This document shows, piece by piece, positions 12,350 to 25,917 of a DNA stretch of 64,000 bases (position 1 is its first letter; each line of letters opens with the position of its first letter). The notes under the pieces are model-generated. The model searched no databases. It saw only the letters and a list, made by a program, of their open reading frames with translations, and was not told the DNA's origin. This DNA is from Eledone cirrhosa. Its lineage: Eukaryota. The stretch is taken from assembly GCA_964016885.1 (NCBI GenBank), contig OZ024740.1, positions 202,120,001 through 202,184,000 on the forward strand, given 5' to 3'. A program made the translations under genes and the position numbers.

Positions 12350-12680
12350 TGGTGGAGAGTTTGATGACTGCAATAGCGGAGAGAAGAACCTGGTGAAAGG
12401 AGCTCAATAAATCCAACAGACCAGAGACCATATACAGATGTGTTCAATGTGACAGAGACTGTCACTCACAAATAGATCTGTTTAGCCACCAGAGACACTG
12501 CTCCAGCTGAGCTGACACTGTCACTCACGTATAGGTCTGTTTAGCCACCAGAGACACTGCTCCAGCTGAGCTGACACTGTCACTCACATATAGGTCTGTT
12601 TAGCCACCAGAGACACTGCTCCAGCTGAGCTGACAACAGGACACTACCCATGGTCAGCCTGATCGAAGGAGGCTTTAGAC
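12350..12680 (+). mobile_element. RTE-clade LINE 3' end (terminal zinc finger) with 59-bp triplication
   Basis: Translates YRCVQCDRDCHSQIDLFSHQRHC, matching the CxxC.R.C.SRIGL.SH.R motif at RTE/BovB ORF ends. The segment is repeated three times. Confidence 0.7.
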
Positions 12681-12844
12681 TAGACTAGGTGGTGGTAATG
12701 ATATCAATGATTAGAGTGATGACAGTGTTTATGTTAATGGTGACGTGACATGAAAGGGTTCAAATAAATACATTTTTATATTAAGCTACTAAAGTACTGT
12801 CACTTATTTTCTTGTTATTATTTAAATAATTCTAAATGATAAAG

Positions 12845-13003
12845 GTAAAGCTGTGTGATTAAGGAATTTGCTTTCACAACCACGTAGTTCTGGGTTCTCT
12901 CATATTTTGTGGCACCTTGAGAAAATGTCTTCTACTATAGCCCCTAGTTGATCAATGCCTTGTGAGTGAAATTTGGTTGACGGAAAATGCAGAAGCCCAT
13001 CGC
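12845..13003 (+). mobile_element. Degenerate SINE of a second family (5' part)
   Basis: gtggcaccttg...tcttctactatagcc...gccttgtgagtg..tttggttgacggaaa. A related copy lies at 36140-36395. Confidence 0.65.
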
Positions 13004-13376
13004 ATATATATATATACTTTTTTTTCACTATATTTATATATATAGATAGATATAGTGAAAAAAATGTGTGGATGTTAGAATGCTATACAGATCCCATTAT
13101 ATAAGAAAAATGATTTTTAAAAAAAGGGTTTGAAAAGCGCACCTGGTACATATATAAAGGATCTTTATAACATGTATAACAATTGATGTTAGCAAAGCCT
13201 GCTTTTTCTGTTTCGGATTATCAAAACATTTGTTATTAGGTTAAATTGTTTTTATGATAATCTGAAACGGAGAAAGCAGGCTTTGCTAACATTAATTTTT
13301 GAACATGTTATAAAGACCTTTTTATATATACCAGGTGTGTTTTTCAAACCCATTTTTTAAAATCATTTTCCTTTGC

Positions 13377-13436
<60 letters not shown>

Positions 13437-14052
13437 ATATGAGTGTCTGTGTCTGTTTTTAGAGAAAATAAAGCGTTTTGGTTGTTTGATCTGTGAACAT
13501 ACTGGAAAGAGAGGAAGAGGAAGAGAGTAAGATGTTTACATAGATCTCTGTACTGGAACAACAACAATATACAATTGTGGCATCTTTATTGGAATTTTTA
13601 ATAAAAGAAATTATAGAATTATTTTATAGTAAACGGGATTTATCAATTGAATCAAAGACAATGTGTGTCATGTACAAAATGTGATAGTTGTACCAGAATA
13701 CACAATCACTTCCATTAAGATTATCGCACATTATCTATAAGACATACAAACAAAAAAATATCTAAGGCTGCATTATGAACTAAGCTGGGAATTGGCAGGG
13801 TCATTAGCACACCAGATAGAGTGTTTCATAGTATTGTTTCAGCTCTCTGCCAAAGTCAACTTTGCCTTTCATCCTTTCTTGGTCAATAAATAAAGTACCT
13901 GTTTCATACTTGGCTTGGCTTCCCCTCCTCTCTAAAAGAAATTAGCTCTGTTCCTTCCTGGAGAAAGATGGGCTCCAGTAATTTTAGGTTTAAATACCCA
14001 AAGCTGTTTGTTATGACAGAGCCTCTACAACTCTAGTGGGAGTTACCCAACA

Positions 14053-14440
14053 TTGGATTGGTAGTATTGGTAGGTGGTCGGACGCCATGCTTTGACGTAT
14101 AGAGTTACGGCCCTTGCCATTCTGAGTTCAAATCCCGCCGAGGTTAACTTTGCCTTTCATCCTTACGAGGTCGATAAAATAAAGTACCAGTAATGCACTG
14201 GGTAATTGCTGGCCGTATGCCAAAAGTAGAAACAATTATTAACTAATGAATGGTGGATTGGCAGTATTGGTAGAGGGTCGGACACCATGCTTTGAAGCAT
14301 AGAGTTACCTCCCTTTATGATCTGAGTTCAAATCCCACCGAGGTTAACTTTGCCTTTCATCCTTACAGGGTCGATAAAATAAAGTACCAGTAATACACTG
14401 GGATAATTGCTGGCCGTATGCCAAAAGTAGAAACAATTAT
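14053..14440 (+). mobile_element. Two tandem tRNA-derived SINEs
   Basis: Same family as 9135-9950. Both copies end in attaactaatgaat. Confidence 0.9.
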
Positions 14441-14903
14441 TAACTAATGAATTTCTAACAATAATCAGTTCTGTATGAGCAAGACATGGTCACTTGAATT
14501 AACATTGCTCACAACAGGACATCCCGTCTAACCCATGCTAGCATAGAAAAATGGATGTTAAACAGTGATGATGATTATCAGCTTATTTAATAACCATGGT
14601 AGCTGGAACTGGAACTGGTAGTATTACCATGAGGGACAGCATCCAAATCTTCTTGTTTCAAGGTAGTAAGACTCTGGAATGCGACCTACAGAGATACTTT
14701 CTCCATCAGTGTCAGACCCAGGTTCCATGACCAACAAGCTAAAGATCAGAAGCTGTCAAAATACTTTCCAATAGGTTTATCATCAAACCTATAGTAGTGA
14801 AACCTATGATCGAGATTGAGATGGAGATGGCCATCTACAAGAATGAACCCGGTGAGATTGACTGCCTTTTTCAGTGTATCTTCATCATCATTCTCCTCTT
14901 TAA

Positions 14904-15226
14904 CCCTTTAGCATTTAAACTGGCCATATCCAGCCAGAATTCTCTCACCTCTTTCTGTTCAAACCGACCATAACCAGACACTCATACTGACATTAAGGTA
15001 TTGTTCTCAAAATAGATAATAACATCAAAATCTCGTAGATTCCATAGCATTTATAAAATAATAATAATGAAATTATTGTGTACAGTGCTCAGGTGCACTA
15101 AACTGGCCATATCCAGCCAGAAATCTCTCACCTCTTTCTCTTTAAGCTGGCCATAACTGGCCACTCATACTGACATAAGGTATTGTTCTCAAAATATAAT
15201 AGTAGAGTAATGTAAATGCTAAAGGC
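14904..15226. mobile_element. TTAA-flanked MITE (TIR CCCTTTAGCATT)
   Basis: ttaa|ccctttagcattta ... taaatgctaaaggc|ttaa, with an internal duplication and a CR1 tail fragment. Same family as 35646-35847 and 63298-63514. Confidence 0.75.
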
Positions 15227-16309
15227 TTAAACATTTGTCATGCTGTCAAGTGGGACCATGAAGCAACCACAATAAAATAACATATTCTCTAAAATATTCT
15301 ACTTAATAAAACATAGTGAATGTTTCTCTTGGAAGCAATGTCAGGCCAGATCAATATAATCCATATTACACAGAAAGTAAACACATTTAGGATAGAAATA
15401 TTTCCCATCATTATAAATATTTAATCAATATGGTGTAGATATCTTTATTTTTTAAAAAAATACATGTTTTACTTTTACAAAAAAAGTACTTCAGAGCCAT
15501 TTTTAGATATAATTTTTAATATAAAACAGTTTAAATTTAAAAAGAAAAACTAAAAAATAATTAAAGTAATATTTCTACATTTTTAATGAACTGATTGATG
15601 ACTTTAAATTAAGAATATTTAAATTAACAGCAAGTATTTATGGTCATTTTCCTGCTAAAGTAGTGATTCCCCTTGCAGGATACCATGAAAGGCTTCTTAC
15701 TCGTTGTAAGGCCCTTTCTGGAACAATGCTTTATGGCTATCAACCCTTTCTGGTGCCAACACTATTAGTTACTTTGTACAGTATATCAATTTTAAACCAG
15801 ATACACATAAGTAACAATATTATATCAGATAAATCTATTTTAATATTTGAAACATTCGGGGTGGACTGGATGCTTTTTCTCATGTCACCAGCATGACTGC
15901 TATACAGGGTGGACTGGGAGCCTCTTGAGTTATCAACACAACCATCTTACAGTGTGGATTAGGAGCTGCCTCTTATGTTACCAGTATGACCACTTTATAG
16001 GATGAATTGGGTGATTTTGTTATTACGACACTAGATCACCATACAGGGTGAACAAAGTACTATTTTGTTGTGGCAACAGCATTATGGGGTGGGGAAAGCT
16101 AATTTGAAGCATGTCCAGGTTTCCATGTTTGTATGCATGGGTTGAAAAGGACAGGAGAGTGGAAAGTGGGGGAGGAGAAGGAGTATGCAAGTTGGACATG
16201 AATGAAGTGAATGGGAAATTTAGTTGATGAAGGTGGTGTATTAAGACTGGAAAGGGTGAATGGGAAGAGTTAGAGAGACGATTGGTATAGACTAGAGTCC
16301 TCTACATGT

Positions 16310-16670
16310 TTGTTTCATCCTGTATACATAGGAAGGTGGGTCTTCAGCAGTTCGACATAACACCAGAGATCGCGATCCAGTGTCATCTCCTTTGAGAGGT
16401 TTAATTGTGAAAGGTCAGCTTTTATCACTTCATTCCTAGGTCTTCCTCTTCCATAGCTTCCATAAACTTTGAGCATCCTACACCTTTTTACACACAAGAG
16501 ATGTTGTTCAGGCATATCACATATTAGCAGTGGAGATCGGTGTTCTCAAAATACCATAGCCAGAGTGAAAATGTGATGGAAAAAGTTCAGATAACTATTA
16601 ATGCTGCTAACTACAAAGGGGTTTTCCCTCAAAATGAAAAGCAGATTATATGATAATTGTGTACAAACAG
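16310..16670. mobile_element. RTE fragment with 5' inversion
   Basis: Minus part encodes GRGRPR..VIKADL..DRDLW; plus part encodes LLTTKGFSLKMKSRLYDNCVQT. Both are homologous to the RTE ORF at 55621. Confidence 0.75.
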
Positions 16671-17360
16671 AAGGCATATATGATATACCTGCTGTAACCT
16701 GGATGGACTACATCCCTTCAACAGCAGGCATATCAAAATCCCAAAACAAAAACAATGTTTACATTTTCTGTCTGAAGAAAATGCATTAAATAACTATTAC
16801 ATAAGGACATTTTAATGCCTATGAAATGTGCACAATGGGCGTGATATAAGACAATAAACTGAAGTGAAATATGTAATACTGTCTCTCTTCTTCTTACTTA
16901 ATATATATTTATATATATGTGTGTGTGTGTGTTTCTATATACATTATAAATATATATATAGGAAAAGAAGTTAAAAATGCATTTGGAGTCTTTAAGATTT
17001 ATTAATAATAATTTTTCTCATTTAAAAAATGTACGATTTTCAAAAGTTAAGTGAGATGGAGAGATATGTCTTGCATCTGATGTTTTGGGAAATTTCTTTC
17101 TGTTTTATTCAAAAATTGGCTCAGATTGATATCTGTTTAAAGTACAAATAGCAAGCTGAGCCACTGTTTCTGCATAAAATGGATAGAAATTTCAAATGTG
17201 AGACACATCATCACATAGCCACATATCTCTCTATCTCACTTAACTTTTGAAAACCATACAAACGTGAAACCATCAAAATCATCTTAAAGACTCCAATTGC
17301 ATTTTCAATTTCTTTTTCCTATATTTTTACCTGTGTGAGATATATAAACAAAACCTTACT

Positions 17361-17451
<91 letters not shown>

Positions 17452-17581
17452 TGAATGTATGTATAGTATATTTAGTAATATACTGTATGTTTAATTAAAA
17501 ACATTTTGAAGACCTTGCGCTATTATTTTAAAGTAGTGACTATGTCCCTTACTTCATTTTTCAGCAAAGGAAGGGAGAGAA

Positions 17582-17621
17582 GCTGACAGATCTGTTTCAC
17601 ACTCTTGGTGTTCCTCAGAGC
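17582..17621 (-). ncRNA. Intact type I hammerhead ribozyme
   Basis: GCU CUGAGGA ACAC-CAAGA-GUGU GAAA CAG-AU-CUG UC AGC: all core nucleotides present, GUC triplet, palindromic stem III, possible distal stem I (UUGGCAGAGG/CCUUUGCUGA). Confidence 0.92.
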
Positions 17622-17857
17622 AACGTACACGCCGACCTCTGCCAAAAATTATAGAGGCTGGATTCTTATAGAATTCCAGTAATAATCAGGAACTGACTAT
17701 ACAGAGCAATTGCGGGTCTAGCAAAAATTAAAAATTAGGATTGGTGCTCTGAAATAGCGATGTATACATGAATGTTTTTAATTAAACATACAGTATATTA
17801 CCAAATATACTATACATACATTCATGTATACATCGCTATTTCAGAGCACTAATCCTA

Positions 17858-19661
<1,804 letters not shown>

Positions 19662-19679
19662 ATGATGATGATTATGATG

Positions 19680-19710
<31 letters not shown>

Positions 19711-19711
<1 letters not shown>

Positions 19712-19892
19712 GATTGGCAGTATCGGTAGAGGGTTGGACGCCATGCTTTCCAGTATAGTTATGTCCCTTTACGATCTGAGTTCAAATCCCGCCGAGGTTG
19801 ACTTTGCCTTTCATCCTTACGGGGTCGATAAAATAAAGTACCAGTAATGCACTGGGTAATTGCTGGCCTTTTGCCTAAAGTAGAAACAATTA
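19711..19892 (+). mobile_element. tRNA-derived SINE
   Basis: Same family as 9760-9950. Confidence 0.9.
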
Positions 19893-20049
19893 TTTCATAT
19901 TGAATTATTTTAATCTTGTAATATATTTTTGTCATTTATATTGAATGTTTCATATATGTAGTTGGTGACATTTGGGCTTGTCTTCTTCATGGTCATCTTT
20001 CCCAGATGTCTTTGAGATAAACACACAAAAACAGGAGAAATTAAGAAAT

Positions 20050-20345
20050 ACTATCCTCCTCCTACTCCTCCTCCTCCTCCTCATCATCATCATCATCATC
20101 ATCATCTTTATCATGAACCTCTTCCTCTTCCTTCTCCTCCTCTTCCTCTTCATTATCTTCCTCCTCCTGATTCCCCTCCCCCTAACCCTCTTCATCCCCC
20201 TCCGCTTCCCCATCCTCCTTCTCGTCCTCCTCCTCTTCTTCATCCACTCCTCTTCCTCATACCCTCCTGTTCCCCATCCTCATCCTCCTCCTCTTCTTCC
20301 TCCTCATCTTCCTCCTCTCCCCCCCCTCCCCCATTCTCCCACCAA
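20050..20345. repeat. Polypyrimidine low-complexity tract (TCC/TCA/TCT)n
   Basis: Mixed trinucleotide repeats. Confidence 0.9.
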
Positions 20346-20474
20346 CTGAAACATTCTTTATTGATTTTTGTAAAATAAAACTTCTGAATAGTAAAAAAAT
20401 TACAAAACCAAAAAATACAAGCTGAATAGTTTTTTTTTTGTATTTTTTCATTTGTATATTCTTGTGTAAAGGTC

Positions 20475-22712
20475 CCAACTCAGCCATGTGTAAACACACA
20501 CTCCCAACCATGTGTAAACGCTACACTCCCAAACATGTGTAAACACTACACTCCCAACCATGTGTAAACACACACTCCCAACTATGTGTAAACACTACAC
20601 TCCCAAACATGTGTAAACACTACACTCCCAACCATGTGTAAACACTACACTCCCAACTAACCATGTGTAAACACTACACTCCCAACCCAACCATGTGTAA
20701 ACACTACACTCACAACCCAACCATGTGTAAACACTACACTCACAACTCAGCCATGTGTAAAAACTACACTCCCAACTCAGCCATGTGTAAAAACACACTC
20801 CCAACCATGTGTAAACACTACACTCCCAACCATGTGTAAACACTACACTCCCAACCATGTGTAAACACTACACTCCCAAACATGTGTAAACACTACACTC
20901 CCAACCATGTGTAAACACTACACTCCCAAACATGTGTAAACACTACACTCCCAACCCAACCATGTGTAAACACTACACTCCCAAACATGTGTAAACACTA
21001 CACTCCCAACCATGTGTAAACACTACACTCCCAACCCAATCATGTGTAAACACTGCACTCACAACTCAACCATGTGTAAAAACTACACTCCCAACCCAAC
21101 CATGTGTAAACACTACACTCCCAACCCAATCATGTGTAAACACTGCACTCACAAGTAAACCATATGTAAAAACTACACTCCCAACTCAGCCATGTCTAAA
21201 CACTACACTCCCAACCCAGCCATGTGTAAACACTACACTCCCAACCAAACCATGTGTAAACACTACACTCCCAACTATGTGTAAACACTACACTCCCAAA
21301 CATGTGTAAACACTACACTCCGAACACAACCATGTGTAAACACTACACTCCCAACCCAACCATGTGTAAACACTACACTCCCAACCCAACCATGTGTAAA
21401 CACTACACTCCCAACTATGTGTAAACACTACACTCCCAACCCAATCATGTGTAAACACTACAGTCCCAACCCAACCATGTGTAAACACTACACTCACAAC
21501 TCACCCATGTGTCAACACTACACTCCCAACCCAACCATGTGTAAACACTACACTCACAACTCACCCATGTGTAAAAACTACACTCCCAAACCAACCATGT
21601 GTAAACACTACACTCCCAACGCCACCATGTGTAAACACTACACTCTCAACCATGTGTAAACACTATACTCCCAACTCATCCATGTGTAAATACTACACTC
21701 CCAACCATGTGTAAACACTACACTCCCAAACATGTGTAAACACTACACTCCCAACCCAACCATGTGTAAACACTACACTCACAACTCAACCATGTGTAAA
21801 AACTACACTCCCAACTCAGCCATGTGTAAACACTACACTCCCAACCATGTATAAACACTACACTCCCAACCCAACCATGTGTAAACACTACACTCACAAC
21901 TCAGCCATGTGTAAAAATTACACTCCCAACTCAGCCATGTGTAAACACTACACTCACAACGCCACCATGTGTAAACACTACACTCTCAACCATGTGTAAA
22001 CACTATACTCCCAACTCAGCCAAGTGTAAACACTACACTCCCAACCATGTGTAAACACTACACTCCCAACCCAACCATGTGTAAACACTACACTCCCAAA
22101 CATGTGTAAACACTACACTCCCAACCCAACCATGTGTAAACACTACACTCACAACTCAACCATGTGTAAAAACTACACTCCCAACTCAGCCATGTGTAAA
22201 CACTACACTCCCAACCATGTATAAACACTACACTCCCAACCCAACCATGTGTAAACACTACACTCCCAACCCAACCATGTGTAAACACTACACTCACAAC
22301 TCAGCCATGTGTAAAAATTACACTCCCAACTCAGCCATGTGTAAACACTACACTCACAACGCCACCATGTGTAAACACTACACTCTCAACCATGTGTAAA
22401 CACTATACTCCCAACTCAGCCAAGTGTAAACACTACACTCCCAACCATGTGTAAACACTACACTCCCAACCCAACCATGTGTAAACACTACACTCCCAAA
22501 CATGTGTAAACACTACACTCCCAACCCAACCATGTGTAAACACTACACTCACAACCCAACCATGTGTAAACACTACACTCCCAAACATGTGTAAACACTA
22601 CACTCCCAACCATGTGTAAACACTACACTCCCAACCCAACCATGTGTAAACACTACACTCCCAACCCAACCATGGTTAAACACTACACTCCCAACCATGT
22701 GTAAACACTACA
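20475..22712. repeat. 25/30-bp minisatellite, about 80 copies, with higher-order blocks
   Basis: Unit ccatgtgtaaacactacactcccaa(+cccaa/ctcag). The variant block gccacc...ctctcaac...cactatac recurs at 21621, 21961 and 22361. Confidence 0.97.
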
Positions 22713-22738
22713 TTTAATCTGTTATTTTAATAAATATA

Positions 22739-23270
<532 letters not shown>

Positions 23271-23520
23271 ATATATATAGTATTAATAATAAATTTGAAG
23301 ACTAAAATCCAAAGAGGGCTCGATAAGGATAAATATATATCAAATATTTAAGAACCGTAGAGCAAATATTTATTAAAATAACAGATTAAAGTTTAAGCAA
23401 AGAATCGCTGCTTTCACCCTTAACGGGATCTTCTGAAACAGCGATTCTTTGCTTAAACTTTAATCGGCTATTTTAATTAATTTATATATATATATATATA
23501 TATAATGTTCTTGAATGTTT

Positions 23521-23558
<38 letters not shown>

Positions 23559-23612
23559 GTTCTTGAATGTTTGGTTGGTAGAGTCCATAACACCAATCAA
23601 ACCCCTTTTATA

Positions 23613-23657
23613 GCTCTGGCGAATCCTACGGTTACGTAAGGAAGAAACATTGTAAGC
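23613..23657 (+). ncRNA. Degenerate type I hammerhead motif
   Basis: GCU CUGGCGA A UCCUACG-GUUA-CGUAAGGA A GAAA CA-U-UG UA AGC, then AATAAA and (TA)n. One core substitution (CUGGCGA). Confidence 0.7.
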
Positions 23658-23699
23658 CAATAAAAATCTTTAGATGTTGTAGACGCTCCTGTGTTCTTT

Positions 23700-23757
<58 letters not shown>

Positions 23758-24639
23758 AGTTGTGCTTGTATGTGTGTGTGTGTGTGTATATACATATATG
23801 TATACATAAGTATTTTACATGTTTATATATATATGTGTGTGTGAGTGTGTTTTATGTGAATTTATTTAATGTGTGAAACTTTTACCGAAAGCTAGACAAT
23901 TTTCACTTAAAACATAAAAAAAAACATTACTATTAAAAATATTTTTCTAGTTTTTCTGGGTTTTATTTAGTTTCTATTTACTTTTGATTTTTACAATTTT
24001 TTAAACGAATTTCATTCATGTATTTATTTTTTTTTTGTGTTATTTTTTACCCAAATTAAAAGATGAAATTCTTCCTTTTGTTTTCCCTTTAAAAATAGCT
24101 GTCTTCCTTAAAATATCTACAGTAAAAGACTTGCAGCTTAGGAACTGGTTTTTTTTTTGGGTTTTTTTAAAATAATTTTAAATAATAACTGTGATATCTG
24201 TTGCATTCAATGAAATTATTTCCCCAAAACAAACAACAAACAAAACAGTGATAACAATATTTTGTGAAAAACAAACTTATTTTGTACAATGTTTTGTGTG
24301 TAATTTCTTTTTTTTAGATCATATCCCTTGCTTGAATACCAAACGAAATTTTTTTTTAAATCCAAGATTTTAATTTAAAAGCTAAAGGTTTAGTTCAGTT
24401 TTATGTTAGATATATACAACTGAAAATTGGAAAGAGAAAAGGCACCATTTCTTTTGAAAAAGAAAGCTTTAAACCATCATTTTGTGCTTAATTTTAAACA
24501 TAAAATGTGTAATTTGTATGTCTTTTATGTTTAGTGGCATTGGAGGAAATTCTTGTACAATCTTAAATGTGGTATTTTCTTAAATTTTAATTCAAAACAT
24601 TAAAGACAATATGCATTGTTTAACAACAATAAGGCGGTC

Positions 24640-25015
24640 CATGCAAAGCTGGTAATAGCTCAAGGCCAGGTATAAAATGTAGTCCCTTCCAAAGCTGGTA
24701 ACAATCTCAAGTCAGGTGTAAATTGTAGATTCCCCCTCAAGTAGTAAGAGACCTAGGCCAGGTGTAAAATGTAGTCCCCCTCCCAAGCTGATAAGAGGCC
24801 TAGACAAGATGTGATAAGTAGGTACCTAGAGATAGTAATAAGCCCAAGCAAGATGTGAAATGTGGGTTAATACAAAGCTGTTAATAGGCCAAGATGAGAT
24901 ATAAAATATTGGCTCCCCCTGCTGAAACTAATAAGGGCCAGTCCAGATGTGGAGTGTAGGTTTCTAACAATAATAATAGGCTTGGAAATAGGCTCAGGTC
25001 AGATGTAAAATGTAG
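24640..25015. repeat. Old degenerate ~43-bp tandem repeat, about 8 copies
   Basis: aagctggtaata..c.caggccaggtgtaaaatgtag recurs with high divergence. Confidence 0.7.
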
Positions 25016-25321
25016 ACCACATTTCAAATTGCTCATTAAGTATTTTAGTAATCAATACTAAATATATATAATTTATAAGGGTTACAAGTATATACAGGTA
25101 CATATGGTGTATACATGATGTATATATATATAATGTATGTATATGTGTGTATATATATATATAAATTAAAAAACAATTTCGCTCTACATGGCTGAATACA
25201 ATAAATGTAATCTGAGTTTTTCGAATATTAATAATAATATTCGATTTGTTTGCAATTATGCAAACAAGCCTCATTTTTAAAGCCATGTCAGTAGAATAAG
25301 CCCCTCATTTTTGCTCTTGTG

Positions 25322-25401
25322 TTGGCATGTAAACAGAACTGCAGACACTAATGTTTCTTAGTATTACCCTTCATCAGTACAGCTCACTGTTCACCTGCCA
25401 A
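25322..25401 (-). ncRNA. Extended type I hammerhead ribozyme (stem II degenerate)
   Basis: UUGGCA G GUGAACAG UGA GCUGUA CUGAUGA AGGGUAAUACUAA GAAA CA-UUAG-UG UC UGCAGU U CUGUUUAC A UGCCAA: about 20-bp stem I with an internal loop, intact cores, GUC triplet. Confidence 0.85.
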
Positions 25402-25744
25402 ACTGTCAGAGCTAGTGAAAATATATGCTATTTTCTAAAATATACAGTGTCTGACTAGCCTGATTTGCATATTAGCAGACTGGCTGATCAGTCAGATCTG
25501 CATATCAGCAGACTGGCTGATCAGTCAGATCTGCATATTAGCAGATCCACTGATCAGCCAGATTTGCATATCAGCAGACTGGCCAGTCAGTTTCCTGTAT
25601 ACGAGCGATGAATGGCCGGCTTTAATATTCGATTCGTTTGCAATTATGCAAACAAGCCTTATTTTTATAGCCATGTCAGTAGAATGAGCCCCTCATTCTT
25701 GCTCTTGTGTTGGCATGTAAACAGAACTGCAGACACTAATGTAC

Positions 25745-25917
25745 TCATCATTATCATCATCATTTTTATATCCACTTTTCCATGCTTGCATGGGTTGGAC
25801 GGGTCCTTCTCAGCATGGCATCTCTCCACTTGTCGTGTTTCTTCATCATCTCCTCTGCCAGTCTTAAGAATTTGAGGTCAGCTCTCACAACCTCTGCCCA
25901 GATCTTTCTTGGTCGTC
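25745..25917 (-). mobile_element. RTE 3' end fragment
   Basis: Encodes RPRKIWAEVVRADL...KWRDAM, followed by the acccatgcaagc.tggaa terminus and (GAT)n. Confidence 0.8.

Noticed and set aside
15679-15705. Possible plus-strand micro-exon (DTMKGFLLV) with good-looking splice sites
   Set aside because: No partner exons or recognisable protein; could easily be chance.
19950-20349. Protamine-like Arg/Lys-rich ORF and the opposite Leu/Pro-rich ORF
   Set aside because: Explained by (TCC/TCT/CAT)n low complexity; no splice or promoter support.
20475-22712. CRISPR-like array (also considered for 5166-5970 and 39200-46404)
   Set aside because: There are no unique spacers and no cas genes, and the context is eukaryotic; these are minisatellites.
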